Positions 22,088-29,794 of a stretch of DNA of 34,894 nucleotides are shown in pieces (positions within the stretch are counted from its first letter, which is position 1; each line of letters starts with the position of its first letter). Both the position numbers and the translations under genes were made by a program. Location: IMG/VR virus record IMGVR_UViG_3300037183_000089, positions 1 to 34,894 of that record; one strand, 5' to 3'. The notes under the pieces are model-generated. The model saw only the letters and a list, made by a program, of their open reading frames with translations, ran no database searches and had not been told where the DNA came from. The stretch comes from a virus (taxonomy: Duplodnaviria > Caudoviricetes).

Positions 22088-22732
22088 GTGGGAGCCAAGG
22101 GGCAGAAGCTCACTGCGGAACAGAGAGCTAAAATCAGCGCAGCCCGGAGGCGCTACCTAGCTTCTCTCCCCGCTCCGGTCGAAGATCCAACGCATAAGCG
22201 TTGCTCGAAGTGCGGAGAGACGAAGCCTCTCTCTGAGTTCCATTGGAGCACTCGTAAGCCGAAAGGCAAGCAGGCTACGAGGCGTCCTGAGAGCGCCTGC
22301 AAGGTTTGCAAGTTGGCACAGAACAAAGAAACGCGGGAAAGGGAACGGTTGCAGGGGAAGGACGCCTATGCACGTTGGACTCAGTGGTGGGAGCGCAAAC
22401 GCGTCAAGGACCCTGCCTACTACCAGCGATTCCTGGAGCGCAAGCGGGAGCGAGAGGCGATCAAACGCAGGGAAGAAGGCTGTCGGGTCTTAGAGCGTCC
22501 CGGCCAGGGCGGCAGGGGGAGTCTTCTGGCCACGGAGCCGCTCGCCTTATTCCTTGAAGACGAGATGAAGGGACGAAGCTTCCAGGCCATCAGCGAAGCC
22601 GCCGGAATCAACCAGCGCCAGCTCACAACGATCTTGAGTCGAGAATATCCGACAGTCTCCCTACGCACGGTTGATCGCTTCCTGACCGGGCTCGGCGCAC
22701 CAGAGGCATTGTCGATCCTCTATCCCGAATAG
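22088..22732 (+). CDS. NUMOD3-like, C4 zinc-finger and C-terminal HTH DNA-binding protein, leaderless
   Basis: LTAEQRAKISAARR; KRCSKCGETKPLSEFH...CKVC; RSFQAISEAAGINQRQLTTIL...VSLRTVDRFL; TACGCT plus 6 nt then GTG 22088. Confidence 0.75.
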   Translation: MGAKGQKLTAEQRAKISAARRRYLASLPAPVEDPTHKRCSKCGETKPLSEFHWSTRKPKGKQATRRPESACKVCKLAQNKETRERERLQGKDAYARWTQWWERKRVKDPAYYQRFLERKREREAIKRREEGCRVLERPGQGGRGSLLATEPLALFLEDEMKGRSFQAISEAAGINQRQLTTILSREYPTVSLRTVDRFLTGLGAPEALSILYPE

Positions 22733-22743
22733 GTCTGGAACGA

Positions 22744-22828
22744 TAAAAGGCGCCCCACCCTCCCGAGTGAGACGCCTTGGCAAGCAACCGTAACTCGTAC
22801 TGATGAGGGGCTCCCAGTCAATGAGCCG
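22744..22828 (-). ncRNA. Putative stand-alone sRNA of about 85 nt
   Basis: Own promoter, 5' hairpin GGCTC/GAGCC, and terminator AAGGCGTCTCACTC-GGGA-GGGTGGGGCGCCTT-TT; no credible ORF. Confidence 0.65.
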
Positions 22829-22834
22829 GTGACC

Positions 22835-22862
22835 AAACTAACAGAATATGGCCATATGTCAA
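22835..22862 (-). promoter_or_regulatory. Promoter with a palindromic operator in the spacer
   Basis: TTGACA-N16-TAGTTT with extended TGn; perfect palindrome ATATGGCCATAT at 22846-22857. Confidence 0.8.
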
Positions 22863-23176
22863 GGCCAATCCTGAGAGGGGATAAATTGCCGGGTTCCGTG
22901 AGGAGGCCAATAGCAAAGTTCAGCCACCGCACCAGCTTTCCTGGCTTCGCCGTGTAGCTCTTTGCGCTCAGCAGGGCTGAAGTTCTTGTAAGGACCGCCG
23001 TCTACGTTGGCCTTGACCTCTATGAAACGAGTGAGACATCCCGCTCGTAGCGCTACAAGGTCCGCCACGCCCTTCGAAGCCGGGGAACGAAGAACCCACC
23101 AGCCACCCCCGGCCTCGGATTCGAGATAGCGCTTGACATCCCGCTCCCTGGCATGCCCGCGAGAAGTTCGACTCAA
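22859..23176 (-). CDS. Holliday junction resolvase, Hjc-type PD-(D/E)XK nuclease
   Basis: RGHARER...WVLRSPASKGVADLVAL...FIEVK; likely start TTG 23176. Confidence 0.85.
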   Translation of the reverse strand: MSRTSRGHARERDVKRYLESEAGGGWWVLRSPASKGVADLVALRAGCLTRFIEVKANVDGGPYKNFSPAERKELHGEARKAGAVAELCYWPPHGTRQFIPSQDWP

Positions 23177-23238
23177 CGCAAGACGAGGATCAGGAAAAGG
23201 ACGCAGGCCAGGATGACGAGAGCTAGAAGGATGCTCAT
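23173..23238 (-). CDS. 21-aa hydrophobic peptide
   Basis: MSILLALVILACVLFLILVLR; ATGA and TTGA overlaps link the holin-like gene to the resolvase. Confidence 0.6.
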   Translation of the reverse strand: MSILLALVILACVLFLILVLR

Positions 23239-23432
23239 TTCTTAAGCCCTCGGCCCGAACCGTTTCTGGCGATACCAAGTCCTCCTGCGCCAGCCGTGCC
23301 GACGCCGGACGTAATGAAGGCCTGCTCCAGCGTCAGACTACCTTGGAGGTAGCCGATTACAGAGAGGATGATGGCAGCGTAGGCCAGCAGTGTCGCGTGA
23401 GGCAAGTCCAGAAGATCATCCAAGAGTTTCAT
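23235..23432 (-). CDS. Holin-like membrane protein
   Basis: Two hydrophobic segments and a basic C-terminus, downstream of the lysin. Confidence 0.6.
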   Translation of the reverse strand: MKLLDDLLDLPHATLLAYAAIILSVIGYLQGSLTLEQAFITSGVGTAGAGGLGIARNGSGRGLKK

Positions 23433-23554
23433 CAGTCCCACGTCTTATCGTCGTGGATCAGGCCAACGAGTTCTTGGCGCATGGTCAAGAGAGGCTGGTT
23501 GAATAGCTCCAGCCACGCCCGATGGGCTTCTAGGAACTTCATATTCTCGTTCAT
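23432..23554 (-). CDS. 40-aa hypothetical protein, leaderless
   Basis: MNENMKFLEAHRAWLELFNQPLLTMRQELVGLIHDDKTWD; TAGGAT plus 6 nt then ATG; TGATG coupling to the holin-like gene. Confidence 0.55.
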   Translation of the reverse strand: MNENMKFLEAHRAWLELFNQPLLTMRQELVGLIHDDKTWD

Positions 23555-23563
23555 GGCCACATC

Positions 23564-24421
23564 CTACTCCAGGATGAAGCATCTGTAGGAACCATCTCCG
23601 AACAAGTCCACGGTTCCGAAATCCACGGGCGCTGAGCCGTGCCCCGCCGTCCTGTCCCCTGGGCCAAGGTAGGCCTCAACGTGATGGCCTACGCCGGGAC
23701 CGTAGACCACGTAGCCGGGCTTTCCATTGGATTCCATGCGGCTTCGGGTGACCATGCGCCAACCGTTGTGCTCGCCCACGAGCGTCCCGGTGTAGCCGCC
23801 GTGGAAGTCTTCTCCGTTGGGATCGGGCAGCCCGCAGGCCTTGGCCCAGCCAGTAACGGTGCTGGAGCAATCAGAGCGATGCCCGTACTCCGGGCCTCCC
23901 TTGATTTCGTGGTCGATATCCCAGCTACCCGATTGTGAGTAGAAGTTCCGGCGAGAGCCGTTAGAGCAATTCTGGACCGAAGCGAGAAGCGCTGTTTTCC
24001 AACGTTGGCCCGGCGTTCCTCCAACGACCCTGTTGCCTTCGACCACAACGCCGTGCTCTTTCTTCCACTTCGCCAGTTCGGCTGCGATCTTGTCCTCGTG
24101 GATCTGCAGGCTATGGATCTTCTGCTGAGCAGCCCTGACTTTGCCGTGCCAGTACTGGGCCTTGGATCGGCTCTTGTGGGCACGGTGGGCACAACGGTCC
24201 GCTGCTGCCGTAAAGGCCTGAGCGTTCGTAGCGTTGGGATAGCCGCCTGCCACTTTGCCTGAAGCCAGATCGGCTCGTTTCTGGAACTCGGCCTGACGCT
24301 TGAGGTTGTGCTGTTCCCGCGCTCTCGCAGCCTTGTAGCGTTTCTGCGCCTTCTCAAGCTGCGCTTCGTTGCTCGACAGCTTTTCCACGATCCTCGCGAG
24401 ACGGGCTTTGATCCGAGCCAC
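23564..24421 (-). CDS. Endolysin: N-terminal coiled coil and NlpC/P60-type cysteine peptidase
   Basis: YSQ...RSDCSSTV...GLPDPNG...GYTGTL...VVYG...HHVEAY...GHG; flanked by membrane genes. Confidence 0.8.
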   Translation of the reverse strand: MARIKARLARIVEKLSSNEAQLEKAQKRYKAARAREQHNLKRQAEFQKRADLASGKVAGGYPNATNAQAFTAAADRCAHRAHKSRSKAQYWHGKVRAAQQKIHSLQIHEDKIAAELAKWKKEHGVVVEGNRVVGGTPGQRWKTALLASVQNCSNGSRRNFYSQSGSWDIDHEIKGGPEYGHRSDCSSTVTGWAKACGLPDPNGEDFHGGYTGTLVGEHNGWRMVTRSRMESNGKPGYVVYGPGVGHHVEAYLGPGDRTAGHGSAPVDFGTVDLFGDGSYRCFILE

Positions 24422-25185
24422 TAGGGGAGTCCTTCCAGTTTGGGTAGTTCGACTTCTACGTTTATGGGCAGCGGCAACGGGGCCACCGGTAGTTCCCGTC
24501 GTTCTTTCTCGACCACTCGCGTGCCGCCTTCGCTTTCTTCCTGAGCCACTTCCGGTTCGTTTGAGGGAAGGGGTTCCGAAGGAGCCGGGATAGCTTCAGG
24601 CGCAGTGGCCGGAGCTTCGGGTTCAGCGGGTTGTTCCTGATGCCCTTTCTGAGGCTCCAGGGGAGCGCTGGGAGCCAATTCAGGCTTAAGGGTGGCGGGC
24701 ACCCCTTCTTCCCCAATTCCGGCGTGAGAGGGTGCGGAGTAGCTTGGCGAGAAACTCGCGTGTCTATGGCCATTCGCGTCTTGGGCCACGGGCTTGCGCA
24801 ACCTAGGCTCGAAGGACTGGAGGATGCGATGGATTTGCCCCAGCGCTCTACGAACTTGAAGGCCGACGGGCGGGAAGCCTGGAGCGCTACGGCATTCAGA
24901 ACCGCGAGCTAGACGTAGTGTCTGCTGCTGGGCTTGCATGCGGGTGAGGAAGTGGCGAATCGGCTCGACTTCCCCGTTCGGAGCCAAGGACCGGAACCTG
25001 TAGGCGTTGGCCGTGTTCTGAACCTGAGCGCAGATGATCGCGTGTTGGCTCATCACCGACTGCTTGAGCTGGGCCTGGGTAGATTTCTGAGTCGGGTTGA
25101 CTGAGAAGAGGATTAGCCCGACCGCTACGAAGAGAGCAAGGATCGTGATCGCAGCCATGCCGAGGACTACGGGAGGGCGTCTCAA
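24421..25185 (-). CDS. Membrane-anchored protein with Pro/Glu-rich tail (lysis accessory?)
   Basis: N-terminal TM helix, helical domain with two Cys, low-complexity PEAPA tail. Confidence 0.65.
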   Translation of the reverse strand: MRRPPVVLGMAAITILALFVAVGLILFSVNPTQKSTQAQLKQSVMSQHAIICAQVQNTANAYRFRSLAPNGEVEPIRHFLTRMQAQQQTLRLARGSECRSAPGFPPVGLQVRRALGQIHRILQSFEPRLRKPVAQDANGHRHASFSPSYSAPSHAGIGEEGVPATLKPELAPSAPLEPQKGHQEQPAEPEAPATAPEAIPAPSEPLPSNEPEVAQEESEGGTRVVEKERRELPVAPLPLPINVEVELPKLEGLP

Positions 25186-25322
25186 CGGGTAGCTCCTACG
25201 ACGATTGCCCCCACGAGCAGCACCGCCAGACAGGAAAGTATGAGCAATAGGATGGGTGGCGTCTTCAAGAGTTCCTCGTAGATCAGGCGCAGCTCTTTGT
25301 AGAAGCGCTCACCGAAGTTCAT
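25182..25322 (-). CDS. 46-aa membrane protein
   Basis: MNFGERFYKELRLIYEELLKTPPILLLILSCLAVLLVGAIVVGATR; ATGA-coupled. Confidence 0.6.
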   Translation of the reverse strand: MNFGERFYKELRLIYEELLKTPPILLLILSCLAVLLVGAIVVGATR

Positions 25323-25510
25323 TTCTGGATCGACCTTACGCTGATGATCCCGCCCAATGCTACGGCTAGTGCCCCGATAGCCCCACCCATTACCTCCGGT
25401 CGTGCTCCAATCAGCGCTGCGACTGGGAGCAAGAGGGTGAGATAGAGGATAGCCAGCGTGAGTAGGATGGGGACCCAGTCCCGTCCTGGTTGTTTCTGGG
25501 GACGCGTCAC
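25319..25510 (-). CDS. Two-TM holin-like protein
   Basis: 63 aa with two clear TM helices and basic termini. Confidence 0.65.
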   Translation of the reverse strand: MTRPQKQPGRDWVPILLTLAILYLTLLLPVAALIGARPEVMGGAIGALAVALGGIISVRSIQK

Positions 25511-28500
25511 TCATTCCAGCGCTTTCAGATAGGCGTTCCCGCCGCTAGAAGATTTGAGGGCTTCCAGGTAGGCATTGCCTCCTGAGCTTTCTTCAGAGGC
25601 TTCCAAGTAGGCGTTGCCCTTCTTTTTCTTCTTCCCGGAAGGCCCGGTTTCCCAAGCGTTCTCCAGAGCCTGCAAGGCATCGGACTGTTCTTGGGACCAG
25701 CCGCCACCCTTAGGATAGAAGCGAGTCTCGGCCTTTTTGGTCAGGTCCGCGCCCCGTTCGGAGGCATGGATTTCCCCGATCAGGCGCTTGAGTCCCGCTT
25801 TGTCCACCTTGTCGCCCTTCTTACCACTAAAGAGGACTTCGGTTACCGCCGAGGAATCAAGCGGACCTGGGAGATGGCCTTTGCCGTACTTCAGGTCGAA
25901 GCTCTTGGAGAGGGCTTCGGTGCGGCCGAAGTCCTTACCACTCTGCGGTGCGCCGGGGTAGATCCCCTGACGGATGTTCTTGTTTTTGTCTAGGGCTTCG
26001 TATGCCTTGGACGCAGGACCGCGAGGGGGCGCGCCCAACGCGCCGAGCGCCTTTTCGGAGAGGCTTTCTTTGTCAAGGCCAAGAATCGGTAGCTTGGCCC
26101 TGAAGGGATAGGAAAGCCCGGTGATCTGTTCAAGCGCAGCCCAACCCTGGGGCTTCGTGGTCTTTTCCCCAGAGAAGGCGTCTACACCGGTTATGCCCTC
26201 GATACCAGCGGCGAGGAAGGGATTGGCCGAGCTTAGGACTGCCGCCGGGTTACCGCTCGAAAGAGCCTGCGTGAGAGACGATTGGCCTGGCGAGATTCGC
26301 GAGCCTCCCGGTAGGACCGACTTGCGGCCGCCACTTCCAGCATAAACGGGGAAAGCGTAAGCGAGGGGGTTGCTTGGCTTCGCGGCAGCGCTGGTCTTCT
26401 GAAGTCCTGCTTCATGGAGTCCTTCTCCCGTGAGCTTGTCGATCTGGTTGGCATTGGCCTGAGCAAGCATATAGGCCCAGGTCGCCATGATCGGATGGGT
26501 CTTCGGGAAGGTCCAAGTTGACCAGCGCATTGAGTAGCGCAGGAACCCGTAGAAGATCGCCAGCGGGGCGAAGTCACGCTCGTAGCGGGAGAAAGCAGTC
26601 CAGTTCCCAGCTACGTTGTCTACGTAGTCTTCGAGCTTGACTCGCTCGGCTTTGCCCTTGGGGTCGTGCTGGAGCCAATCCCATAGCTCGGCTCGTGACC
26701 TGCCTTTGAACTGTCGGGCGAGCTTGGCCTGACTATCGAATAGTCCAGTAAGTGAGCTATGCCAACTTCTAAAACGTTTATCAGCCTCGGCCGCGAGGAG
26801 GACCGTGCGGTACTCGTTTTGTCGGAGGGCGTCGATCTTGCCAAGGGTCCTCAGCTTAGCGAAGCCTAGGGCCTCTCGCGCCGTTTTCCCCCGCGTCAGC
26901 TCTTTCGCCCCGTCTGCCCACTGGACCGGCGTGTAGGTCTCCTGCATGTCGCCAGGCGTCCTGAGGGCAGCACCTGAGATCGGGGTAGCTCCGGCCATAG
27001 CTTGCAACTCAAGCGCTTTCTCGGGATTCTGCTTGCGGTACTTCCAGATGTCTCGCTCAATCCGGGCTACGCGTGTCGGGTCCAGCAGAAGCTCCGGGTG
27101 CGCAAGGACGATGGGGATGCCCTCAGCCACGGTCTGCGCTATCTCCCAGGCTGGGTTAGTTCCCAGGATGGCGCGGTTGGCAGTGCGGCCCAGAGTGTTG
27201 AAGAGGCTCGTAACGCCGCCTTGCTCGGGGTTAACCTGGGCCTTCGCCTCCTTGATTGCCTCTCTCGGCATCAGAATCCAGGGCTCATGGCCCTTGACCT
27301 TCCCGGTCTCGGCGTCAGCCAGAAGGCTTTGGAGCTTGGAGGATCGCTCGGCCTCGGTCATGTAGGGATCGTTGAGAGCGTTCTTCCACTCGCGGTAGGC
27401 TAGGCGTCCCCAGGACTTCGGGTCGAACTGACCGCCCTGTTTGGTGATCTCGTTCCAGTCCTTCGATCCCTGTCCGACGAACTTCTGCCTCCCATCAATC
27501 GTGAACGGGGTCTTGAAGTGGTTGGTCAGCGCCCTGACGAACTGGCGCGCGGCCTCGCGTTGACGGGGCAGGTGGACGGTGCCACGGATCAAGCCCTCCA
27601 GGCTGCGATCAAGGTTGTCGCTCGCGGACAGCGCACCCTCACGCATGTGCTCGACACCGGGAGTTTTTGAATAGGCCCCAACCATCCCTGAGCCTGCCTG
27701 GTCTACGGGGCCGTGGTGAGTCCAGATGGCCGGGGCTAGACCAGCCTGACTACGAGCCGCTTCAACCTGGCGCTTGTACTCGGCCAGCATCTTGTCGTCG
27801 TAGACCATCCGTTTGGATTGGTCGATGCTGTGATCAGGATGCGTGTAGGGGCTGAGAGCGTCGTAGAGTGCCTTGTTGTCCTTCTGAAGCTTGCGAGCCT
27901 GGGCATAGAACGCCTTCCCCTCATCGTGAACCCGGCGCGCCTCAAGCCCTTTGAGGACTTTGGCCTGGTTGAACTTCTCCCGGCCTTGGCGCTTTAGGGT
28001 TTTGAGCTGAAGGTCTCGCTGATGGAGGTCTTCCCACGCGGACTCCCGGCTATCAGCCGCCGTGCGCGTTCTAGCTGCCGTGGGGACCATCTGCTCGGGT
28101 CGCTGTACAGCCAGGAGATCCCCTTGGGCAAGGAGCCTTGCGCGCTCTCCCTTTCCAACCAGCCCAGCGGGGGCTGTGGCTGCAGCTCGCCCAACGGCTT
28201 GGAGCGCTCCATCGAAGTCTTTGGATTTGTAGATTCCGGGGTGGGCATCGGCGTAGTCTAGCGCTGCGATCAACTGCTTATCGCCGGGGCCTTTGTGGCG
28301 CACAAGGGCTGCGCCTTTCGGTCCTCTGATCCCGTACTCAGCCAAGGTTTGTAGCGCTACGTGAGAGTCTTTTGGAGCCTTAGCGATGGCGTGAGAAATC
28401 TGAGACTCGTGGTAGGCGCGCTTAACTCGGCTTGGGTTATCGACACGCTGCTTGAGTAGAGCCGTCTGCTTACGATGCTCGTGGCGGCCTAGAACCCCCG

Positions 28501-29794
28501 AGACGTGCTGCTCTACGCCCTCGGGAGCATGGCGCACGTTGCGGTTGAGCTTCTCGCTACGGCCCGCGATCTTGCGTCGTCCCTTGGCTGCGGTCTCTCT
28601 GAGAACACCGCGGCCTTTCTCGTACTTCCCTAGGCGAGTAAGGGCGGGTAGCGGGGTTGCCAGCGCAAGCGAGCCTTCCTTGCGCGCTGCTTCTTCAGCC
28701 TTCTTCGTGTCTCCCGAAAAGGCTTGGCCGACGATATGGCCTACGCCCTTGACCTGTTCCTCTGCCGTATTGACGAGAGGCTCAGGAGTGCCGTGCTTTA
28801 CAGAAGAAGCCGCAGCTCCGAGCAGAGCCGCTGGCCCTGTGATTGCACCCGCGAGTGAGCGGCCTGTTGTCTCAAGAGTTTCCGCTGGGTGCTTAGCGAG
28901 CGCAGAAGCCGATCCCTCCGCAAAAGCTCGCGCTCTCTTTGTAGCGTCTCCAGGGAGGACTCCCGGTGGAAGGACAACCGCAGCTCCATAAGTCGAGCGT
29001 ACAGGATGACGCCGGGCTGAACGTGCCGTTGACTGAGCAGCAGCCCGGCGTCCCTGTTGAGTCGCGACTGCCCGTCGCGCGCGCTTGGGAGCGGACCGAA
29101 CCCTAGCAGGAGCCGCCTTGACTTTCGCAACCTTCCGAGCCGGATAGGTCTTCAGGGCCTGGGCCTCCGACTTCGCCTTGGAGACGCCTGCTTTCACGAG
29201 ACGCTCTGGGGCGGCCTTAGAGGCGCCGAGTGCACGAGAGGCTACGTTGGCAGCGCCCTTGCTCGCGATAGTCGCTGCGCCCTCCTCTGCGCCCTTGATA
29301 GCCAGCTTGGCTACGGCAGGCGCACCCGTTGCGAGAGAAGCGAGTTCAATCGCATGGGTTATGTCTTCCGGTTCGCCTAGGTTTTCTTTGAGGCTGGCGA
29401 GCTTGGCTTTTTCGTAGGCCTTCGGGAAGGCTTTTCTCTCAGTTGCGGGTGGCTTGATACCCGCGTAGCGCGCTCGTTGATAGAGCGTATGCGGCTCAGG
29501 TGGGAGTTTTGTCGATGCGGCATGAAGAGTCGCTTGCAGCCTATCGAGCTTGCGAGCCTTGACAATCTTCCGTTGCGCTTCAGCATGGAGTTTGCGCCTG
29601 GACCTTTGGATTGTTTTGGGCAGCGAGGGAACAGCAAAGGGCTCCGCACTTGCAGAAGTCCGGGGTTTACTTGCACTTCTTTCCGCTTGCCGACCGGTTG
29701 GCGTCGGTGCGTACGGGACCGAGACACTTACTGGGCGCTTGACTTTCCGTTTAGCGACCGGCTGTGGTCTGGATTGCCCTCCCTTGAAAGGCAT
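25511..29794 (-). CDS. Large putative internal virion / DNA ejection protein
   Basis: 1427 aa, Ala/Lys/Arg-rich and helical; last gene of the structural block before lysis, as in podoviruses; no catalytic motif recognised. Confidence 0.65.
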   Translation of the reverse strand: MPFKGGQSRPQPVAKRKVKRPVSVSVPYAPTPTGRQAERSASKPRTSASAEPFAVPSLPKTIQRSRRKLHAEAQRKIVKARKLDRLQATLHAASTKLPPEPHTLYQRARYAGIKPPATERKAFPKAYEKAKLASLKENLGEPEDITHAIELASLATGAPAVAKLAIKGAEEGAATIASKGAANVASRALGASKAAPERLVKAGVSKAKSEAQALKTYPARKVAKVKAAPARVRSAPKRARRAVATQQGRRAAAQSTARSARRHPVRSTYGAAVVLPPGVLPGDATKRARAFAEGSASALAKHPAETLETTGRSLAGAITGPAALLGAAASSVKHGTPEPLVNTAEEQVKGVGHIVGQAFSGDTKKAEEAARKEGSLALATPLPALTRLGKYEKGRGVLRETAAKGRRKIAGRSEKLNRNVRHAPEGVEQHVSGVLGRHEHRKQTALLKQRVDNPSRVKRAYHESQISHAIAKAPKDSHVALQTLAEYGIRGPKGAALVRHKGPGDKQLIAALDYADAHPGIYKSKDFDGALQAVGRAAATAPAGLVGKGERARLLAQGDLLAVQRPEQMVPTAARTRTAADSRESAWEDLHQRDLQLKTLKRQGREKFNQAKVLKGLEARRVHDEGKAFYAQARKLQKDNKALYDALSPYTHPDHSIDQSKRMVYDDKMLAEYKRQVEAARSQAGLAPAIWTHHGPVDQAGSGMVGAYSKTPGVEHMREGALSASDNLDRSLEGLIRGTVHLPRQREAARQFVRALTNHFKTPFTIDGRQKFVGQGSKDWNEITKQGGQFDPKSWGRLAYREWKNALNDPYMTEAERSSKLQSLLADAETGKVKGHEPWILMPREAIKEAKAQVNPEQGGVTSLFNTLGRTANRAILGTNPAWEIAQTVAEGIPIVLAHPELLLDPTRVARIERDIWKYRKQNPEKALELQAMAGATPISGAALRTPGDMQETYTPVQWADGAKELTRGKTAREALGFAKLRTLGKIDALRQNEYRTVLLAAEADKRFRSWHSSLTGLFDSQAKLARQFKGRSRAELWDWLQHDPKGKAERVKLEDYVDNVAGNWTAFSRYERDFAPLAIFYGFLRYSMRWSTWTFPKTHPIMATWAYMLAQANANQIDKLTGEGLHEAGLQKTSAAAKPSNPLAYAFPVYAGSGGRKSVLPGGSRISPGQSSLTQALSSGNPAAVLSSANPFLAAGIEGITGVDAFSGEKTTKPQGWAALEQITGLSYPFRAKLPILGLDKESLSEKALGALGAPPRGPASKAYEALDKNKNIRQGIYPGAPQSGKDFGRTEALSKSFDLKYGKGHLPGPLDSSAVTEVLFSGKKGDKVDKAGLKRLIGEIHASERGADLTKKAETRFYPKGGGWSQEQSDALQALENAWETGPSGKKKKKGNAYLEASEESSGGNAYLEALKSSSGGNAYLKALE
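25514..25620 (-). repeat. Three in-frame GNAYL(E/K)A repeats
   Basis: KGNAYLEASEESSGGNAYLEALKSSSGGNAYLKALE at the C-terminus. Confidence 0.85.

Noticed and set aside
22795-22840. CTGATGAG followed by a stem on the plus strand, suggesting a hammerhead ribozyme
   Set aside because: The required GAAA after stem II is missing (GGTGACCAAA), and the promoter and terminator point to the minus strand.
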